The notes under the pieces: generated by a model
Seen by the model: the letters and a program-made list of their open reading frames with translations, nothing else
Databases searched by the model: none
Told to the model about the DNA's origin: nothing
Translations under genes and position numbers: made by a program
Shown here: positions 56,982-64,000 of the stretch, piece by piece
How the letters are laid out: each line of letters opens with the position of its first letter
Numbering within the stretch: position 1 is the stretch's first letter
Source: Octopus vulgaris
Taxonomy: Eukaryota
Assembly: GCA_951406725.2 (NCBI GenBank)
Contig: OX597829.1
Coordinates: 9,114,001 to 9,178,000, forward strand
Length of the DNA: 64,000 bases
Direction of reading: 5' to 3'

Positions 56982-57219
56982 AAGACAGAGAGAGAGAAAA
57001 TGTGTGAAGGAGAAGCTGCAGCGAGAAATATTGTCTTTACATAATAGAATATATAATAAATAATATAATAAATAATATAATATAATATGATATAATATAA
57101 TATGATATAATATATATATTTTTTCTGTTTTAGAAGTATGTATAATCCTTTTTGTGCGTGCGTGTGTGTGTATGCGTATATAGACGTGTGCGGATATATA
57201 TATATATATATGTATATAC

Positions 57220-57284
<65 letters not shown>

Positions 57285-59189
57285 TGTATTTATATACATA
57301 TATTATATATATGTATATATATATTATATATATACATATATATAATATACATATATATACATATATATATACACACATATATACATATATATGTATGTAT
57401 ATGTATATGCATACACACACACACATGTGTGTGTGTGTGTGTATGTATAAATTTGCACAAAACTTCAAACAGTCGTAGCCACAACAACTCATAATGACTT
57501 TTACATCTTGGTTGGAATCTTTAATGCACAAACTACATCTCAAAGATTGCTCTGGTAATCTATTCTGTGGAAGCAACTTTGGTGGTTGAAGATATGAACA
57601 ACAGTGATGTTCGTTTTACATCTTTTGCAGCTACAAATGATATTGTAATTTGTTTTATACTCTGTTTCGTCTTTTTCCTATAAGCAGGGAAAAGACAAGA
57701 CAGCCATGGATGGAATAGTGTTGATCCTAGTTACGATTGATTCAAGCTAAACTGAGCTCACAACTTAGCGTTCTTATTGGCTGAAATCAAATGGCAATGA
57801 TACATCAATAAGCTCTGGCCTTCTTCTGCATACTTGTTTTCAAAGCTCTGCAAAAGACGTTCATAGAAGGGGGAGAGTAAACTGTGGTCATGAGCGCTGT
57901 TTGTCATCAACTCAGCTTAAAGAAATGTGAACAGTAAAATAATTCAACTTATTTTGATTGTTTCAAGTTAATGTAATGTTATCACAGATAAACAGTACTA
58001 AATTTATTTTGTGAATTCGCTGAATGAAACAGATATGGTCTGGGTATATAATATACAAAGAAAAAATTCAAGGATTGTGACTGAAACTGAAAATTCTTTT
58101 GTTTTCGCCAAACACACCAGTGATGAGTTAATAAATCAGAAATAAATAATTTATATTCTGATAGTAAAGATTATTCCTTTTTCAGTTGCTCAGGATGTGG
58201 ACAGCAGGTGACAGCGGAATGAATTTCTCTCAGAAGCTGGTTCGGTTTCTTCCTCAAAAATGTACGTTAACCTTACCACAACCGGAAGTTTAGAAAGATG
58301 TAAATAATGCTGACAGATTTTGGCACAAAGATTTGGTCGATTACATTGATACCAGTGTTTAAATGGTACCTATTTTATTGTCTTGGAAAGGATAAAAGAC
58401 TAAGTCGGCCGGCGGCGGCTTTAGAACTTAAAACGTAAAACCAAAAGAAATGCTAGTATGCATTCCATTCGGCATTCTAGCGATTTTGCCAGCTCGTCGC
58501 CTCGGAAGATGCAATTAATATTTTCAGTCCTTATATAGACATGATTCTCTACCAAAAGATTGATGACAGTTTATAATGGGTATTTACAGCAGATGGATGC
58601 ACATATGTGACCACCAAGTAGTAACTCTATGTTGACCTCCATCCGTTTCCATCACTTGACCAACAAAACAGGCGGAAGATATCTGCAATTTGTCAAGTAT
58701 TTTCTGCGACACCAACAATAACCTGCCAGGCCATTGAGAACAGATCTAGGGGTACTTGCAAAATGACACATGGTTCCAAAACTATTTCACTACACTGACA
58801 ATGGTTTGTGGCCTCGTAACTCCTCATCAGCTTGGTGACAGTAAATTTTTTTGGCTAATGAAGAAGAGAAAATCCAAGATCTTTCCAAAAGTGATAAAAC
58901 TATTGTGCCACCATTTGATTTAAATATCATTATGGACAATATTGACAAAATTGTAACGGGAAATTGTTTAGTCATTGCCCCTTCAATGGAATAAAGATGG
59001 AATATACTATACAGTCCTATATTTAAGAGATGTGGAATTTTGTACATTATTTACATTATTTACATTTGACGGATATTTGACCTCATCTTGTTTGTTGTGA
59101 ACATAACGTTTCGGCTGATATACCCTCCAGCCTTCAACAGGGGGAAATTTCGAACTTGAGTTCTCATTCCTAAAGTATTTTTCGATGTC

Positions 59190-59259
<70 letters not shown>

Positions 59260-59287
59260 TGATGATGATGATGATGATGGTTGATAA

Positions 59288-59363
<76 letters not shown>

Positions 59364-59364
<1 letters not shown>

Positions 59365-59910
59365 GCCCTGATGCAGTACCAGGCAGTGGCTCTCATGGCT
59401 TCTGATCTTAACTGATTGGAAGTGTTATCATGTACATTGTTTTGTCTTGGTATAAAAGATGGGCTACAGCAAATATTCTGCTCAATACCACAGATTTTCT
59501 TGTCAGTTGTTTGACTTTAACCAGTTGAGCATGTCCCTTAGTGGCTGACGATATGTGCATTTCTGATCACGAGCAGAAGTAGTGGGGGAGCATCATAGCC
59601 ATGTGTTGAGAGGGATTCTTTGGGGTTTGAATAATTCACCACTGGAAACATGGGTGTTTCGTTCAACATCCTTAACCCTTATTCAAGGACCTTTTGAGCG
59701 GGATGGGCTACTCGACCAGAAGAAAATTCTGAGCCCCACCAGCAAGGTCATGTGCTGTTTATCTTGATATGAGATCACCATGTCACGCACATATGGTTGT
59801 GATGCATGTGCCTGGTATACCCTTATCAGACAGGTAGTCATGATGAGTATAGTGGGCTTACTATATTTGTACCCCAGTGTCACTTTGATAGCATGCACTG
59901 CTCTCTCACT
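59364..59910. mobile_element. About 550-bp non-coding interspersed element embedded in (AAT)n, copy 2
   Basis: Same termini as copy 1 (gccctgatgcagtaccaggc ... gcactgctctctcact). Confidence 0.85.
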
Positions 59911-59977
59911 AAATAATAATAATAATAACATCGAAAAATACCTTAGGAATGAGATCCCAGGTTTGAAATTTCCCCCA

Positions 59978-60024
59978 AGAAACCTGATGAAGGCTGGGGT
60001 GTATATCAGCTGAAACATAGTGTT
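59978..60024 (+). ncRNA. Hammerhead-like motif in a repeat module
   Basis: CTGATGA-A-GGCTG..CAGCT-GAAAC-ATA-GTGTT. An inverted, more mutated copy lies at about 59100-59140. Confidence 0.5.
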
Positions 60025-60222
60025 AACAACAAACAAGATGAGGACAGCTATCCATCAAATGTAAATAATGTAAATAATGTAAATAATGGAATATATTATG
60101 CTTAAATATCAAAGATTATATTAAAGGAAAATTAAATTGATATATGATGGCCATCTAAATTATATAAGCATATATACACACATAGATTACATACGCGCAC
60201 ACACACACATACTCACACACAC

Positions 60223-60302
<80 letters not shown>

Positions 60303-60599
60303 ACACGGAAATAACAACTCACTATAAATCAGTATTTGTCAAAAATTTCTATTGCAACATTTTGTTGTTTGCTAATTTTGATATATTGGAACTTCATCAA
60401 ACGGGCTGCCATCAATTAATAGTGGGACTATGTCTAATTAATCTCTAAAGAAAAAATGTTTGTGGAACGATCGAGTTCTTAGAACTTCTTTTTGTGAATT
60501 GATAGAATAAATTTAGTGATAAGACTGAAACTTGCGTGGGAATGAACGATTCGATGTTAGGCACGGGAGTGGCTGTGTGGTAAGTAGCTTGCTAACCTA

Positions 60600-62330
60600 C
60601 TTTCGATGAGTCTCTGTTGTCAGTGTGCGCATGTGTCATTGTGTTGTGCACTGAAGAAGATAACCGGCAGTGTTTAGCCTGCCAAAATAAGCTGCTGCAA
60701 GGTAAGGCTTTTCTCTTGGACCCAGTGAGGGTCGTTCTCTGTGCTTATACGTTTTACAAACAGGGAATCCTCACTGGATTCAGGATGTTGGTCTGATTAC
60801 GGTTCAGCGATACGGTTCATATTAAATGAAAAATTTAACTCATTGTGAGAAGTACAGTTTGGTGGGCGTATCCTTCAACCAAAAGTTGTTCACTTTTTAA
60901 CGGTGTATGTTTTTACAACAACATTTACCATTATTGGAAAACTGTATTTCAAGTATTCACATGAAGTGAAAATTTTTCTCATTATGAGAAATATAGTTTG
61001 GTGACGCATTCTGCCAACAAAAGTCGTTCGCTGTTTGTAAATATTTTACAACTACGTTGGAAAGCTGTATTTAAATGGAGCAGTCCAGGTTCTAACTGGA
61101 GTACCATAAGGGCTTGGAGTACTTAAATGCCCAGCAGATTTTTTGCTGTTTTTTTTAACTGTTGTTTTTTTCGATTGTGACTTTTTTTATTGAACTGTTT
61201 GCTTTTTTTTTTCTTCCCTTTGTTTCTTTTTTAATTCTCTCTTTCCTTTTTGTGAACTATTGTTTTGCACATTTTTTATTTTTTAATTTAAAACATAGCA
61301 AAAAAATACGGGTAAGATTGTAGAGTGGGAGATTGTCCCACCCAAGGAGTGGCTCAGACAGCAAGAGTGGTGTTGAGAACGGTGGTGTTGAGAACGTATT
61401 CGAAGGTTCTCGACACCATTACCGTCTTCTCCAAGCAGAGGATTGAGCAGGAGTTGGCGAAACATCTGCCAACCATTAAGCATATCTCTAGGAGAGTCAG
61501 ACATGCAACAGTGTGGTTGCTGTTTGATACCCCAGAGGAAGCTCGTAGTTTTGCGATCCAGCTCGTTGAGGGTAAAGAAATTTTGTTTCTTCCCACTTAT
61601 TGTGGGGAAAAATTGACGAGAGCCTGGATAGAGGCCGGGGGTCTGGGTGGCAGCAGAGCCAGGCTCCTCAATCTGAAAATTCTTCCTGCGGCTGATTGGG
61701 TTGGGTCAAAAGCTGTTTTGACCCTGTGGACCCAATCTGCCATGAATCTGGTTATGCCAGATTTTTAAAAAATGGCCGGGTTTAGATACCCGGTGATTCT
61801 TGAGGGTCTCCCTCCCAGGTGACATCGGTGCCTGGAGCCTGGCCATATAAAGAAGAACTTTCCTTGGGAGCAAGGCGGACTCCTGGAGCAATCAGTTGAG
61901 ACATCTGTAGAAGAAGGAACGAAAGTGGCTGAGACGAGGACTGCTCAGGGAAGGGCCACAGGAGGAAGAAGGTGAGCAACAATGGGTGCTCACCGAAAGA
62001 TCTTGGGGTGAGGGAGGGGAAGTGAATCTCTTGGTCACGGAGGAGACGCACCCTCTCTCAGTTGAGAGGAAAAAAGAGAAAAAGAAACAGGACATTGCCG
62101 GCTGTCGGTGACATAGCACCGGAATGTCCCGGAATCTTGCCGGTAGGGGTTGCGCCACCGGCAGGGGAAAAGACACCTTTAGGGGAAACTGTGCCGCCAA
62201 CGGTAGAATTGAGTACCTCGAACCCGGATGAAGAGGAACTATTGGTCTTCTACAGAGGCGGAGAGGTAGAAGAGGTGGTGGAAATGCACCATAAGGGAGT
62301 ACCTTTAACCTTCACACAGAAAATCTAAGT
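60600..62330 (+). mobile_element. Tx1/L1-like LINE 5' UTR and ORF1 relic
   Basis: ORF 61325-61768 is followed by EGLPPR*HRCLEPGHIKKNFP (decayed CX2CX4HX4C knuckle) and a charged low-complexity tail. Confidence 0.6.
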
Positions 62331-62854
62331 GAGGAGCACTAGATTCTTTGGAAGAATGCAAGTGAATATATACAAAAACAAGGACGAAAAAAACGGAGAA
62401 ATGGTAGTCAATTACAAATACAACACACATATATAAAAAGATGACGGTGGCTAGACGCAACTCAAAACCAAAAAGGAAATATTTCGCCATCATTAAAATG
62501 TGAAGAAAGGTGCAGGGAGTAGCAGCTTTGCTAGAAATATGGAACAAGCTTTTTTCTATATACTGACAGGGAAGACAACCTCTCCACCGCAAAATCTATA
62601 TATTATGTAACGACATGTGGATTGTTGGCGATTTTCTCCTCCGTTTTCCTTTTCTCTTGGACTTTCCTCTCTCTCCTGTTTCAGAAAAAGAGCTTTGCTC
62701 GAAAAGTAAAACACCCTTTCTTTCCTTCCCTGAACGTCTTTCTAATACTTTGCATGTACCACGTCCTCGCGTTGTCTTGTGTTTTTTGTCCGTTTGTTTT
62801 TAATTAATTATATATATGTGTACACGCACACACATATATATGTATGTATGTATG

Positions 62855-62904
<50 letters not shown>

Positions 62905-63104
62905 CACAGGCGTGACTGCTGTGTAGCAAGAACATGCTTCCCAACCACATGCTCCCTGCGTCAGTCCCACTGCGTTACACCTCGGGCATGCATCTTCTAC
63001 AATAGCCTCGCGCAGACCAAAGCCTTGTGAATGGATTTGTTCGACTAAAGGTGGTGCTCCAGCATGACTGCAGTCAAAGGACTGGAACAAGTAAAGGAAT
63101 ATAT

Positions 63105-63968
63105 ACAGTGCGGTGAATAAATTGCTGTTTAAACTATGCAAAAATGAAAATATCACTAACATCTCATTTTAGCAGATACATTTACCAAAATTACATGAAA
63201 ATATCTTGAAATAGTAAAGAGTAAATTTATTCAATAAAATCGCCATTGGCTTCAACCACGATCTCCAGACGACTTCAGAATCTCCTGTAATCGTTCTGGA
63301 TGGCCTCGTTGTTTAAGATAGTAATTGGTGAGATATTCCTTTTCTTCAGTTCATCTTTGGTGATACAAGGAGTTTTGTTGGTCTCTCGCTCAACTGCGCT
63401 CCACACATAATAATCAAGGGGGTTGCAAGTCTGGAGAGTTACGTGGCCAGATGTTAGGAGTGATGTGGTCACAGAAATTGTCTGACAGCCATGACTGGGT
63501 TCTCCTGCTTGTGTGGCATGGTGCAGAGTTTTGTTGCCAGACATAAGGGCTTCCAGGAGTCGCCCTCTTGAGCCAGGGTAGCACTACCTTCTCCAGGCAC
63601 TTGTTGAGTCTGAGGCCGTATGAGCCAATGAATGTAGGCATAACGTCTCCATCACTAATGATCACACCATGATGTTGATTGGATGTTTGATTTTTATCAC
63701 CCTTGGTACATGTTTTGGGGACACGGCAAGCCAACGGTTGTTCTGTGTGTTCACTATCTGTACGTATTGAAGCTTCCAGCGCGAATGCTAAGCAGTACAG
63801 CAAATCGTTTCCAACTTTCTGGCAAAGTGAACTGCATCAAAGTGCTGTTTTTCTCTCAGACGGTGCCCAACTGACTCTACTTTACTGTGTAGTCGCGAAA
63901 ACTAAAAACGAACAATGCGCAAACGCAAAATTAGAAATATCAAATGACGACAAAGTACCCATCGCACC

Positions 63969-63972
<4 letters not shown>
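63105..63972 (-). mobile_element. Tc1/mariner-type transposase relic
   Basis: YVWQQNSAPCH, WPRNSPD and CNPLDYYVW, with diverged CAG..-type termini. Confidence 0.8.

Positions 63973-64000
<28 letters not shown>

Noticed and set aside
58186-58300. Plus-strand exon candidate after a ttcctttttcag acceptor
   Set aside because: No recognisable protein and no supporting neighbouring exons.

Overview
AT-rich, repeat-dense animal genomic DNA. The SINE families, microsatellite load and RTE/Penelope content suggest a coleoid cephalopod, probably Octopus; this is an inference, not a verified assignment. One host gene is supported: the 5' half of adenylate kinase 7 (AK7) on the minus strand. It has six GT-AG exons (38646 down to 521, 216 codons in one continuous frame), continues off the left edge, and has an RFX X-box just upstream of its ATG. 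Almost everything else is decayed mobile DNA: a full-length Chapaev3-type transposon with TIRs and TSD, several Tc1/mariner relics, RTE, Tx1/L1, R4/Dong-like and Penelope-like retroelements, Helitron-like elements, tRNA-derived SINEs and long microsatellites. Most ORFs in the supplied track are microsatellite artefacts. I found no new protein-coding system. The most unusual signals are non-coding: several unrelated, mostly mutated type I hammerhead-ribozyme folds, large or interlocked inverted repeats, a templated insertion that disrupts a Penelope endonuclease, and a non-coding element found twice inside (AAT)n tracts. All family assignments are by motif recognition, without database searches.
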